NCBI GenBank assembly: GCA_051599415.1
Contig: AP039691.1
Location: forward strand, 372,001 to 436,000
DNA: 64,000 nucleotides
Origin: Savitreella phatthalungensis
Taxonomy: Eukaryota
Reading direction: 5' to 3'
Position 1 is the first letter of the stretch, and the number at the start of each line of letters is the position of its first letter. This document shows, piece by piece, positions 43,710 to 55,143 of the stretch. Position numbers and translations under genes: made by a program. Below the pieces are notes generated by a model. It was not told the origin of the DNA. It did no database searches and worked only from the letters and a program-made list of their open reading frames with translations.

Positions 43710-44836
43710 GATCTCTCACATTGAATGAGCACTGAATCAGCACAGGAGAAAGAGATAATTTCGCCCATCGATCTAATGAAAAGAGCAATCGAGAAAGTAA
43801 AAAGGAAATCCCTTTCGAATCAGACCCAGGATTATTCATGTTTCTTGACAGTCGAAGCATGACATGACGTTCGACTCTCATATGAGCGAATGCTTGCAGT
43901 TCAGACTCGTTCGCGTCAAACCTGACAGTCCTAAGGTCCGTGTGCATGTGCTACAATGTGCTTTCAATGTTTGATCGATGTCGATCAGCCACCGGTGGCG
44001 ATCAGCACGTGTACTGATATTTCCAAAGGGTGTTTCTTCGAATTCTTTCTATACGTGTCTTGTGTCAACTCATCAGCCACACCAGCCCCATTTTCTCTTC
44101 GTAACTGAACTTTCACTTTCGCTGCCGGTTCAGACTCACTTAAAACATCAGACACCACAGACTAGTTCTGTAGCCTAGTCTCATTCCTTTTCCTTTCCAT
44201 TCCTCTCTCACCTGTCTGTGATCGAGCCAGAAACAAGCGCCAACACTTGTGTGTGCTAGTGCTCCATCGGAGAAGAGCGATGGTACTCACCTTGCGGAAC
44301 TTGCCGTTCTAGCCGTTATGATCAATTTCATCAGTTACCGGTCTTCCACCAATTTGTTCTAGACTCTGACGCTTCATTCACCAGTTTTACTCTGGCCGTG
44401 GATCAAAGGATAGTCCGCGATGAGATTGATCTGAGGTCATATCAATGAAGTGGATGGTATCGATTGAAAGTTCTCTGACTGAGCGGCTAATTGACTGAAT
44501 CACTGACTCTACTGGATTAGCTAGGATCTTTTGTATCGAAAAATTCAGGCTTCCACGGCTTTCGTCATTCTTCCTTCTCATCACTCGACGATTGATCATT
44601 GCCGTTGCCTTTGCCTTTGTCATTGCCAGTGTCTGTGGTTTAGTCTGCATATATTCCAGAACATGAGTGATTCGGCAGGTATAGGCGTATCCGTGATTGA
44701 GTGAGTTCAGTGAGTGATCCGCCTGCACACATCCTCAACCACCAAATCCATCCCACTCCAGTACAAGAGCACTCAGCATTCATTTATCAGAAGCACTATC
44801 TCAGACACCAGTTTCCACATTCATACACACTTCATC

Positions 44837-45358
44837 ATGGCAATCGAAGTTGGCAAGCCTTTCCCAAACGCACAATTCCCGTACGTCGAGTACTCGCCAG
44901 AGACAGGCGACGATGTAACGGCTTGCGGTATTCCCGCTCCATTGGACACGGCAAAGGAGTTTGCAGGCAAGACAGTGGTCATCGTCGCTGCACCTGGCGC
45001 ATTCACGCCCACTTGCCAGGCAAATCACATCCCACCGTTCGTCAAGCAGATCAAGGAATTCAAGTCAAAAGGTGCAGACCTCGTCTGCTTCCTGACAGCC
45101 AACGACCCCTTTGTCAACAGCGCATGGGGCAAGGCAAACGGTGTCAAGGGCGACATTCTCATGCTCTCTGACCCGAACGCACAGTGGTCGCAGGACAACA
45201 ACGTCGCTCTCGACCTCACCTCCCGTGGACTTGGATGGCGGACGGGAAGATGGGGACTCATCGTCAAGGACGGTAAGGTCACCTACTTTGAGCAGGAGAA
45301 GAACCCTGCAGGTCAGCCAGAGGTCTCGGACGCCTCCACCTTGCTCTCGAAGCTCTAA
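44837..45358 (+). CDS. AHP1: Type II (Prx5-like) peroxiredoxin, peroxisomal
   Basis: PGAFTPTC..NHIP, N-terminal ACGIP resolving Cys, NDPFV..AW, and C-terminal SKL. Confidence 0.93.
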   Translation: MAIEVGKPFPNAQFPYVEYSPETGDDVTACGIPAPLDTAKEFAGKTVVIVAAPGAFTPTCQANHIPPFVKQIKEFKSKGADLVCFLTANDPFVNSAWGKANGVKGDILMLSDPNAQWSQDNNVALDLTSRGLGWRTGRWGLIVKDGKVTYFEQEKNPAGQPEVSDASTLLSKL

Positions 45359-45642
45359 TTAGAATTTTACAGCCCTAGATCTGCATGAGGAACAGTTAAG
45401 CATCCCATTGAAGCAATCTCCAAATGACACTTCAAAATCACGTGGACCGTCACTTGCCTTGACATGCTGTTTATTTGCCTCGTGCAGACGTGACACCGCA
45501 TAATCCGTTCTTGTTTGTGCACAGATGCATACTCGACCATGCGCGGTCTAACGGTCAAAGCCATACATCAGAGGCCACAAGCTCCAAACGCGACATCGGT
45601 GAGAACGTTTGCCGGGCCGGATTCCATGTTCCTTGACAGAGG

Positions 45643-47031
45643 ATGTATCAGGTAGGTGTCCGATGACGGTGGTAACGCTAGCTGGTTTTCACCCCGCCCA
45701 GCTGCCACCCTCGAATTTCTTTCAACTGACACAGCGGTGTTCCCACCGTTACAGGTCTTGAATTTCCTAGGTGGATCAAGTCGACCACCTCTTCCTCCTC
45801 AATCACCCCACTCGACTTACCAGTATGCTCCGCAACCGCCTGATCTGACAACGACCCGAACCTATCGACCCGACAGATCGAGCGTTCCTCATCCTCACCG
45901 CAAGCCACGCCACAAGCCTCCAAGACTGCCATCGTCACCATCGGCCGCACCGCTATCGCCCTGGTCGACCTTCGCTTCGCAATCAGTCGACACTCAAGGC
46001 GAGCTGGTGAGCCTGAGGTCTGAGGTTGACGGCGATATATCGTCGATGAGTGGTGCTCGACGTGGTCGGGGTCATATCGCCGGCGGAGGAGGAGCGATTT
46101 CGGAGGACGACGAGCAGCGCGCTGGTGGGAGTGAGGTATTCACATCAGCTGCTGACGCTTGGAAAGCACGGTACGATGGCAGTGATGACGTTGGCAGATT
46201 TACATCAGCAGGCACCCGCAAGGGCGAACGTATTGGATCAACTCGCCTAACCACGGCCGCAGCCTGGGCGCTTCAGCGCGTGGATGTGCAGGTTGGTCCG
46301 GTTTCCCATCGAGTATACGTTCGTTTGCCGAGAGGTAGCTCTGCGACCGACAGCGGTGGAGACAGTAGAGCTGCTAACTTCGCATCGTCCGCGCAATCCA
46401 GGGATGGCAGCCATGCGTTCGCAGATACATCTGCAGAAGGGCTCGGAACGGCTTGACATTCGATATCGTGATGGACGCAATTCAGCCGGCGCTGAACCTG
46501 ACGGAATGGCAGCGGCGAAATGCCCGGTGTTATCTTGAGACACTCCGCGGAGAGACAGAAGTGCTCGTCGATAGCCGACCGAACTATGTGACCTTCAAGC
46601 GGATCGATTACATAGGTGTTCCGGAGGACGGGTCTCTTCAGGACCACGACACCACAGGAGCGGGAGGCCTTGACAGTGTAATTGTGCGGCAGCCCGAGCG
46701 CGCTGCTGCCCATGAAGGCAGGGTTCGATCGATGCACGGACCGCAACGCGCATCGACCGCGGCAGGAGTCCGTCGAAGCGTTCCACTACCACCGCCACTG
46801 CCATCGTCAATTCCACCGCTGGCAGGCGGGATGGCGGAGAAGTCTTTCAGCTCGGGCTTCGACAGGCAGGCGTATTACAGCGAGATTGCGAACGAATCAG
46901 CGCGACATAGAGCTAACAAGCTGAAACGTTTGCTCGTCATACTGACGCTCGTCTTCGCGACCATTGTAGTCGGGCTCAGCATCTTCATTATCGTAGAGTT
47001 TACAGCAGGCCGGCCGACCGTTAGACATTAA
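45643..47031 (+). CDS. Hypothetical tail-anchored membrane protein, spliced (intron 46292..46401 joins the two track ORFs)
   Basis: A GTTGGT..GCTAAC..CAG phase-0 intron fuses the 45656 frame to the 46453 frame. C-terminal TM LLVILTLVFATIVVGLSIFIIV. The 5' exon is uncertain. Confidence 0.55.
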
Positions 47032-47080
47032 AAAAAAAGGTCTCGTTGTTGTGGACGAGATGACGGACGATTGATTGAGG

Positions 47081-48190
47081 TCATCGCATGACGTCCACGT
47101 GATCTTCATGCTCGAGCTCGGTGTCTGCGATCGTGCCCTCGAGCCGCTCACCGTCGAATACGAGTGTCCGTGCACCAAATTTCTCGAAAGCGACCTGCTC
47201 AATTCGCTCGATCGCGGTCGTTGGCTTCACGCGTACAGGCATTGTTTCGCTGTCGAATCGAAGGACGATTGTGATGATGCTTGGATCATCACCAGCAGGT
47301 GGCGATTGCGCTCGGACTTGGCCACTAGACTCGTTGTCATCACCGTTTTCCTGTGGCAGACGCTCATGTAACTTATCCAGTGACCGCCGCATCACCAGCT
47401 CGAATAGCGGCGATTCACCTTCTTTGATGCCCAGCTTCCGAGCGGTCGTCCACGAGTACACAGGAGCTCTTTTGTAAGTGATGGCGATATCGTTCCTGGC
47501 CAGCCTAAAGGTGGACGCAACGTGCTCAACGATGACCTGGATACGTTGGCCGAGCTTGATACGGAAACGACGTCGCTGCTGCCACTTGTCCTTGTCGCCA
47601 ATCTCGTCTCCAGCGAACAGAAGACCTTCGACATGACAATCGATCTTGATCTCGTCGATCGGGTCCTTTTGTGCGACTTCTGGAGACACTGCTGCTGATG
47701 CTGGCTTTGGAGTTTGCGGTGTGGTAAGAGCAGATGCCGCCACAAATGCATCGTGTTCGTCATCAGTATCGTCGATGTTGATCGTGTCTGTTCGTTGAGC
47801 AGCCGCTGAAGCTGTAGGCTGGGGAATTTTAGTGCTTGATGCTTTACCTGCACGCCACTTTGTCTTCGGCACTGGCGGTGGTGTCAGGGACAACTCGCGT
47901 GTTCGTTCGATTTGCTTCGTGTTCCTGGCATTTGGCGACCGACTTGCGCCTTCTGAATCATCGTCATCTCTCAGATCGACGGTTCGCGAACGTTCTCTTT
48001 GTCTTCTGGCGTGTAACTCATCATCAGAATCATTCTCTGCAGTGGATGAGTTGTCATCTCCATCTGCATCGGTCTCACGACCGTCGCTAGCACTATCCGC
48101 GTCACTGTTTTCGCTGCCACTGCTGATACTGTGACGTGATCTCGGACGCTTGCGCGAACTGATGAAAAATAGCTCTTCGTCCTGGTCCAT
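47081..48190 (-). CDS. rad60: Rad60/Esc2/NIP45 tandem SUMO-like domain protein
   Basis: Acidic disordered N-terminus with LTPPP and two C-terminal SUMO-like domains; the second has VRVKPTT..LVFDGERL..TIADTELE.ED.VDV. Confidence 0.8.
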   Translation of the reverse strand: MDQDEELFFISSRKRPRSRHSISSGSENSDADSASDGRETDADGDDNSSTAENDSDDELHARRQRERSRTVDLRDDDDSEGASRSPNARNTKQIERTRELSLTPPPVPKTKWRAGKASSTKIPQPTASAAAQRTDTINIDDTDDEHDAFVAASALTTPQTPKPASAAVSPEVAQKDPIDEIKIDCHVEGLLFAGDEIGDKDKWQQRRRFRIKLGQRIQVIVEHVASTFRLARNDIAITYKRAPVYSWTTARKLGIKEGESPLFELVMRRSLDKLHERLPQENGDDNESSGQVRAQSPPAGDDPSIITIVLRFDSETMPVRVKPTTAIERIEQVAFEKFGARTLVFDGERLEGTIADTELEHEDHVDVMR

Positions 48191-49312
48191 CACGCACAGA
48201 AAGCAGCAGAAGATGCCGCGTGCTGTCTAGACAACACCGCTGTTCTATGGCTTGTTTTTCTGTTTTTGTGCTGTGCTCTCGCTGAACAGCGTGTGGGGCC
48301 GATCAAGTGACCAAACTGGAAACCTCTGGGATATGTGTCACTTAGCTTTTTACAAGGCTCAGATGAAGAGTGAGGAGATCCTCACTTTAGGCCAACGTAC
48401 GCGTGGATCAACATTCAAATGCACAGACACGGACACACCGACGATCAATGGTACCTGATGGTTAACATGATATGAATGCTCGAATACACACCGACGTCTG
48501 TCGTCCACTTGGAGACAGCTAGATGTTTATGATGTAGGACAAATGTAAACACGTGACATTGAAAAGTTCAGCAGAGTTGCTGTCCCAGTGCCTGGATGTA
48601 TACAGCACGGAACTAGAGCATGAATGGAAGACAGGTACGAGGCCACCCACGATACTGCTGTCAAAATCAGGGCTTGCAAGGCATGCTCGCTCAATTCATT
48701 TGTCCGAGAGATTTGAGCGTTTGGATTCACCGATTACTTTAGACAGTTATCCGCTGAGCGTCAAATCTTCCTTCGGAACATGTTTGGACTGAATTGATTT
48801 GCTCCTCGGGTTTCTTTTTGACTTTGTCAAAGCAGAATTGAATTTGAGCCTGTCAAATGAGCTCGTGATCTGCAACGATATGCATGTGCGACTTGATCAT
48901 TGGCTAGACACCCGTAAATGATTTCTTCCCCTGACCACTGATTCACAGGCTTGCAACCACGACGTTCGGATCATCCAGCTTCATCTAGATCTGATAGATA
49001 GGTTAGAGGCTTCCTGAGCGCCATGGGAATGCATGTGGCTGCGGCAATAACATCCTCGCAAATATTCTGAAAGGGACCTCCAAGCGCTTATGGAGGATGT
49101 CAGATATCGGGGAGATCAAAATAGACTTTCACCGTTAGTAGCCTCGAGAGCATGTGGCCAGGAACTCGCTTTTGCCCGGTAATCTGTTCAATCTTGCGGG
49201 GGTGCTTGAGGGTTTGGCAAGATCACGAGCCGTAGAACAAGAGCACTCGCGAGCGCTATATAACCCTACGCTCGCACATCTTCACCATTGTATCCCTCAA
49301 CCTCCTGAAGAA

Positions 49313-50161
49313 ATGCTTTCGCTTCTTCTACTCGCCAGCGAGACGCTCGCCAACGGCCTGACGCCGTACGACTATCAGTACCTCGCAAGTAACCCACAGC
49401 CGCTGTCCTGCAGCGCTGCTGCTAGCTCTGCTGACGGCTGTGCTGTGCCCCAGTCTGGTCTGATGCTCTCCACACAGTTCTGGAGCACATACACAAACAC
49501 AGACTCTAAGTTGCCTGCTCGAGCATGGACCTCGCACGGTCTCTGGCCCGACTACTGCAACGGTTCCTACCCTGCCTACTGTGATGCCAGCCGCAACATC
49601 AGTGGCGAGGCCCTCGTCAGCAACCTGATGAACTTTGGCCGTGAGGACCTGCTCAAGATCGGCAACAAGTACTGGATTAACCAGGGCGCACCGAACAGTG
49701 ATCTGTGGGCCCACGAGTACGCGAAGCACGCGACCTGCACATCGACCTTCGACACCCGCTGCTACCGCGACTTCAAGAACGGAACAGACGTGGTCGACTA
49801 CTTCGAGACTGTTCTCCTCTACTTCACCCGCTTTCCAACCTTCCAGATTCTCGAGCGTGCCGGCATCACACCTTCCAACACGACCACATACACGCTCGCC
49901 CAGCTGCAGGACGCCGCACGCAACTACACTGGAGCTGACATCTACTGGGGATGCAACTATGCGCCTGGGACGCGCAACCGCACGATCCTCAGCGAGGCCT
50001 GGTACTACTTCAACGTCTACGGCCAAGCACAATCCGGCCACATCCGGATGCTCAACGGCAGCAGCATTTACAACTCTTCCTGCCAGGCCACCAACATCAC
50101 TTTCCCTCTGCGTGCCAACGGCACCGAGATTGACCCTGTCACCAACCAAAACTCCAACTAG
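49313..50161 (+). CDS. RNY1: Secreted ribonuclease T2
   Basis: CAS I WTSHGLWPD and CAS II LWAHEYAKHATC, signal peptide, many N-glycan sequons. Confidence 0.95.
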   Translation: MLSLLLLASETLANGLTPYDYQYLASNPQPLSCSAAASSADGCAVPQSGLMLSTQFWSTYTNTDSKLPARAWTSHGLWPDYCNGSYPAYCDASRNISGEALVSNLMNFGREDLLKIGNKYWINQGAPNSDLWAHEYAKHATCTSTFDTRCYRDFKNGTDVVDYFETVLLYFTRFPTFQILERAGITPSNTTTYTLAQLQDAARNYTGADIYWGCNYAPGTRNRTILSEAWYYFNVYGQAQSGHIRMLNGSSIYNSSCQATNITFPLRANGTEIDPVTNQNSN

Positions 50162-50805
50162 ATCTAGACGTGGCAGTAGATTCAGATGTAGAAGTAAAAG
50201 CTTTGATTGTTCCTCTTCGGCTTGAGACAGCCTGACTCGTATCATTGACCTCACACGTGCTTGTGCCGCTACTCAGCCGGCCTCAGAAGACTACAAAGGT
50301 CTGAGGCGTCATTTTGACCACTTTCGTGACCATGGTGCTTCGATGCCTCTGTGGTGTAGGACTTACGGCGGGTAAGACTTATGCCGGGCAGGCGGTATGC
50401 ATTGGCTCAGACTCGTGTCCGGGTCCACTGGTGCCGGATGCCGGGTGCAGCATTGCATTATAAGCCACCTCAGCCACGCAACTCCACTTCGGAAACATCG
50501 ATTGATCTTGCACATCCGGTATTGACGGACGCCAACCTCGTCTACGCGTAGGCGACATCTGGAGCATTTATCAGCATCGCATTGGACATCTGCAGTTTTG
50601 AGTCGAGTTCATCGAATTCGCTCTAACTGGCGAAACGAGTTTTGCGGCGCGAATAGAGGTTCTGAAAGAGCAACACCTGAGCGATGTCAGAATCTGCAGC
50701 GCTCGGCGTAGCTGAAGCCATCGCAGAGACTCTCGCGACAGATACACATATCGAGAAGAATCCGTCGACACAGCCGGGGACAATTGGTAAGCACGACCTT
50801 CCGTG

Positions 50806-51213
50806 ATGATCATGGCGACCGAGACTGACAGGATTACAGCGGATGAGCCACCAAAGGCAGTCAAGCTTGAAGACGTCGAGGACGCTGAAGATGCAGAGGA
50901 GCTCGCTAGCGTCGCCGAGGAGGGAGAACCGCTGGAGACACACGGAATCGACACACGGAAACCTAAAGCGCCGTTACCCGATCTCCGATTCGAGCAGGCA
51001 TACCTGACGGCACTCCGTCGAACGGATATGCGGACCTGGTCAATCTTCCGTGTCACCTTTGTCGATTTCTTGCTCTGGCCAATGGCACAGGGATTCCTAT
51101 GGGCACTCGCCCTCAACGGATTCAGACATCTCAGATCAGCAAGCACGAGCAGCGGTAAACAATTTGGCACTATCTTACGAGACGCACTGAATATCGGCGG
51201 CGTGCTCGACTGA
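50806..51213 (+). CDS. DUF1770 family small membrane protein
   Basis: PLPDLRFEQAYL...D.LLWP.AQG.LW motif with an acidic N-terminus. Confidence 0.8.
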   Translation: MIMATETDRITADEPPKAVKLEDVEDAEDAEELASVAEEGEPLETHGIDTRKPKAPLPDLRFEQAYLTALRRTDMRTWSIFRVTFVDFLLWPMAQGFLWALALNGFRHLRSASTSSGKQFGTILRDALNIGGVLD

Positions 51214-51637
51214 AGCAATCATCACACCATTTATTGAAGCTAAAGGCCAAATTGATTATACATATTGAGGCGAGTCCCATCCCTGAAAGAGATGGCGGCT
51301 CATTCCAGGTGCGGAGAAGAGGGTGTCTGGATCGTGCATCTTCGACCCTGCTCTTCCTCCCATCGAGTGAATGGACGAGTAATTCGAGAATTGCTCCGGG
51401 TTAGTTGCCGACCCCGGTTAAATTTGCTCGCTTGCTCTTCCCAACTCGAAATCAGTCAGTCAGTCATCCACCTAGAGGTTGCTAGCTACTTTTACTTGAA
51501 AGTCAAGAATCACCCTCTTTTCATGTATTCAGAAGAATGAGCGTATCGACAAATTCATCCGAATATTATCCACTGCCGTCGCTTGATTCGTTCAAACTTG
51601 TTGTTCTCACAAGTAACAAAACAGAACTCTAATTTAG

Positions 51638-51749
51638 GTCAAGTCAAGTCAAGTAAAGGAAAAGTAAAGCAAAGTCAACTAGAGCAAAGTCAAGTGAAGC
51701 AAAGCCAAGTCAAGTGGAGTAACGTAGAGTAAAGTAAAGTCAAGTCAAA
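51638..51749. repeat. Degenerate pentamer repeat (AAGTC/AAGTA/AAGCA)n
   Basis: gtcaagtcaagtcaagtaaaggaaaagtaaagcaaagtcaa... with 5-nt periodicity over ~110 nt. Confidence 0.9.
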
Positions 51750-52026
51750 TTCCTCAGGCTATAGTGACTGACACACATGACATCCCGCGGGTTCATCAAC
51801 TAAGATTCACGAATCACACTTCTTTCCCGAGCTCAACTACTCTACGCGGGTCAGAGCTTCGACTTCTGGGGGCAGGCTTGGGGATAGACTCTGGGGACAA
51901 GCACCAAAAGGAGATAGTTTGGAAATCTCTGTGACTCATCCTCAACTCCAACCTCATTCTCTCAACCACATTCACTCATCAGACCACTGGAGTCAACCCT
52001 CCATCCTCGAATTATCCTGGAGGTTG

Positions 52027-52980
52027 ATGCTCAGGAGCGTGTATAAGAACGTGCCAACATCTCTCAGCACTAGGTTCATCCCAAACTCGCCCTTCCGCTC
52101 GGGCCACCTACAGTCTCACCTGACTTCATCAATTCAGAGCCACAGAATGAGCACCGTCGTCGATTCCACACGAGCGGCAGACCTGTCCCAGGTTCATGCA
52201 ACCTCTCAGACTTCATTCACGTCAAATGCCAGCCTTTACGACAAGGCACGGCCGTCCTACATCCCTGAAGCTGTGGATGCCCTAATCGCAAACGCGGAGC
52301 TGAAGCAGGGATCGAAGGTGCTCGACCTGGCGTGCGGTACGGGTAAATTCACGGCGCTGCTGGCAGCAAAGGGGATCTTTGACCTTGAGGCTGCAGAGCC
52401 ATCGCCTGGAATGATTGACGTCTTCAAGCAGGTCGTTCCCGGGGTGAAGATCACTCAGGCAGGTGCATACGATCTTCCTTTCCCAGATAACCACTTCGAC
52501 TGCGTCACGATTGCCCAGGCCTTCCACTGGTTCGCCGACGAGACCGCACTGACTGAGATTGCAAGAGTGATCAAGCCAGGTGGCCATCTCGCATGCATCT
52601 GGAACCTGGAGAAGTACATGGGAGAGTCCAAATCGAAGCTTGGAAATCGCCTGTTCGAAGTCGTCCAGATCGCCCACGACGGCAAGGTGCCTCAATACCG
52701 CAAGGGGGACTGGAGGACTGCGATGGATGCGACAAAGCAGTTCCAACTGCCGTTTGGCGAGTGGACCAAGGACTTTGAGCTTCACTATACGGAGGAACAG
52801 ATCTGGGAGAGATCTCTGTCCAAGTCCTTCATCACCTCACTCGATCCAGAGACCAAGGAGAAGTGCAAGCAAGACATTGCTCAGGCGTTCAAGGATTTTG
52901 GAGACGAGGCTCCAAAAGACGCACAGGGCAAGTACATCCTCCCGCAAGACGTTCGCGTCGTCTGGCTCAAGAAACCTTAG
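52027..52980 (+). CDS. Class I SAM-dependent methyltransferase (Methyltransf_11, Crg1/Tmt1-like)
   Basis: Y.KARPSY, VLDLACGTGKFT, FDCVTIAQAFHWF and RVIKPGG motifs. Alternative ATGs at 52027 and 52147. Confidence 0.9.
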   Translation: MLRSVYKNVPTSLSTRFIPNSPFRSGHLQSHLTSSIQSHRMSTVVDSTRAADLSQVHATSQTSFTSNASLYDKARPSYIPEAVDALIANAELKQGSKVLDLACGTGKFTALLAAKGIFDLEAAEPSPGMIDVFKQVVPGVKITQAGAYDLPFPDNHFDCVTIAQAFHWFADETALTEIARVIKPGGHLACIWNLEKYMGESKSKLGNRLFEVVQIAHDGKVPQYRKGDWRTAMDATKQFQLPFGEWTKDFELHYTEEQIWERSLSKSFITSLDPETKEKCKQDIAQAFKDFGDEAPKDAQGKYILPQDVRVVWLKKP

Positions 52981-53084
52981 CATTCACTTGGGCATGGCAA
53001 TCAGATAGATGGGATAAACGTAAAATGTGATATATACAGGGTGATGCTCGCTTGGATGATCTTTCCGGATACTTCAGTCCTGGG

Positions 53085-53795
53085 TCACCGTACGCTTTTG
53101 CGCTTCTCCTCGATACTACGCGTTGAAGATTCTGTCAGTAAAGCTCGATTCTAGAAACGGAAGTCGTTTAAGACATACCACTCGACGTTGTCTGCCGGAA
53201 CGTCTTTGAAGAACTTATCCGCAGCCATGTACTCCTGGACTTCCTCTGATACATCACCTTGGACGACAATCTCGTCGCGTCCTTCGTTGTTCTTCGACAC
53301 ACTTGCGCCAGTGGCGAATTTCTGAGCAAACTTCTTTGCTGCTGGTTTGAGTCTGAGAATAAGAAAGAAATCTGTCAGTACATTGATCTCCCATGATTTG
53401 CAAACACGTCGAATATCCCCTTACTCGATTCCGAACACTTCAAGCCCGAATACACCGGTCACGTATTTTCTCTTGCCGCGTTCGATCCGCTTGACGAGTA
53501 CCTTTGACTGCAGCTTCTTCTCGAGCGCCCTTGCCTGCTTGGCCTCGTGCTTCTCTGTAGATTTCTGCTGCTTCTCAGACAGACTAACGCCGGCAAAGTA
53601 GCGAGCGAACAAGTCGACGTGATGCTCCTCAAGCCATTCTTTACACTTGTTCACCGTCGGCTGGTACTCGCAGTACTCTGGAGGCAAAGAGCATACACCG
53701 CAGTAGACTGGAGGAGTCGGTAGTACCTTCTCTGCAGTAGCTGGTGTAGCTCCGTCTGTTGAGAGCACCTCCTGAGGATTTTCCACTTCTGCCAT
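53085..53795 (-). CDS. TMA22: Translation machinery-associated protein Tma22/DENR; exons 53795-53425, 53352-53179, 53115-53085
   Basis: YCGVCSLPPEYCE, RGKRKYVT.V.GLEVF, AKKFAQKFATGASV and EIVVQGDV motifs, with two canonical introns. Confidence 0.95.
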
Positions 53796-55143
53796 TGTCA
53801 CGGCGGAGTGTTGGAAAGCTGAATCGATGAGTTGTGAAGTGCCTGTACTCCTGGACGTGCTTGTGCCCGTCCTCGTGCTCGTGATTGTGCTCGCTGCCTT
53901 TTTTATGCCAGTGTCGTTTGAGCTCGTCTGTACACAGAGTATAGTGGCCTAAAAATAAGATAGGTAGTCGAATGCAGGAAACAAAATCTTCGAGATGCAC
54001 GCACATGAACGTTCGTTCACATTGTCTGAGTATACGTGTCCGGCCGGGCGTGTGTGTGCATGTGGATGGAACCTGACTCTGGCGTAATGGTCAGTTTCAA
54101 ATTCAATCGAATTGATCAATCAATCAGACTGACTCAATCACATGCAAATCCTGAGCTTTGGAATTTCCAAATTCCTTAGTTAGTTTGAGGATATCATCTA
54201 ACATTTCCGTTTCGTACAATTGAGCTGCTAGGCAGGAGCAGTTAAGCGGAATCGTGGTTGATGTCATTTTGGTCAAATCCATGAATCCCGAATTTGTCGC
54301 CGAAACCGAATCCTACAAGTGCGAGGTCAATCAAAAACAGGTGTGAAGTCTAAACTGCAAAGTCATTTCAACCCGGGTCAGCTGCTATTAAGTATGTCAT
54401 CGGTAGTAAGAGTTCAGGTGATATTGTTAGAGCAGCAAGCACAACACCACCTGAGCGCCATTCAGTCCAATCTGAGATCGATCAAACAGTGTGATCCATT
54501 TAGTCGGATTCAGCCTCTCTTAGCCATTTATGCAACTCAATTGTGCTCAACTGATCAGCCGTCTTCAGCGTTCATTACCAGGACTTTCCATCATACAATC
54601 TGCCACAGGTCATCTTCAGTCTAACACGAAGCTCGCTCTATCGCTTGCAGTAGAGTTGGCCGAGGCGCCATAATCCAAATTTGACCTGAGCCAGATACAC
54701 TTCAGTCAACCTGGGATTTAATGCGGATCGCACAAACCATACGTTCATCATGAATGTGTACACACACGTACGTTTACAATAAACATCTTCTTCGTCACTC
54801 TCACTCGCTGCTCTTCTCCATACGTATACAGTACTTGGATAGCGGTGCTATACACGCACACGAATACCATAGACACTCTCAAACCCATAATCGCGATCTG
54901 GGAGATAGCATCATTCCGGCGGCTGGCGCTACTCCTGACAAGTCGAAATCATCCGAATATCATACTGAGTCACGAATCATACGAGCAGACCACAATATTC
55001 TTGACTTATAGGCCTTCTCATGCACACGACAGACTTACGTTCTCTATGATCGGCCCGCGAAGACTTTAGCGTTCATATCAACAAGCTCTCTGGCTAGGCC
55101 CCCGCTGCTCGCGTGTGAAGCAACATTGGCAAAGCTCCTCAAC

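Noticed and set aside
47029..47038. A-run at a stop codon as a retrocopy signature
   Set aside because: The gene appears to retain an intron and no target-site duplication is visible.
49328..50254. 308-aa antisense ORF
   Set aside because: Shadow of RNase T2, caused by strong C-ending codon bias.
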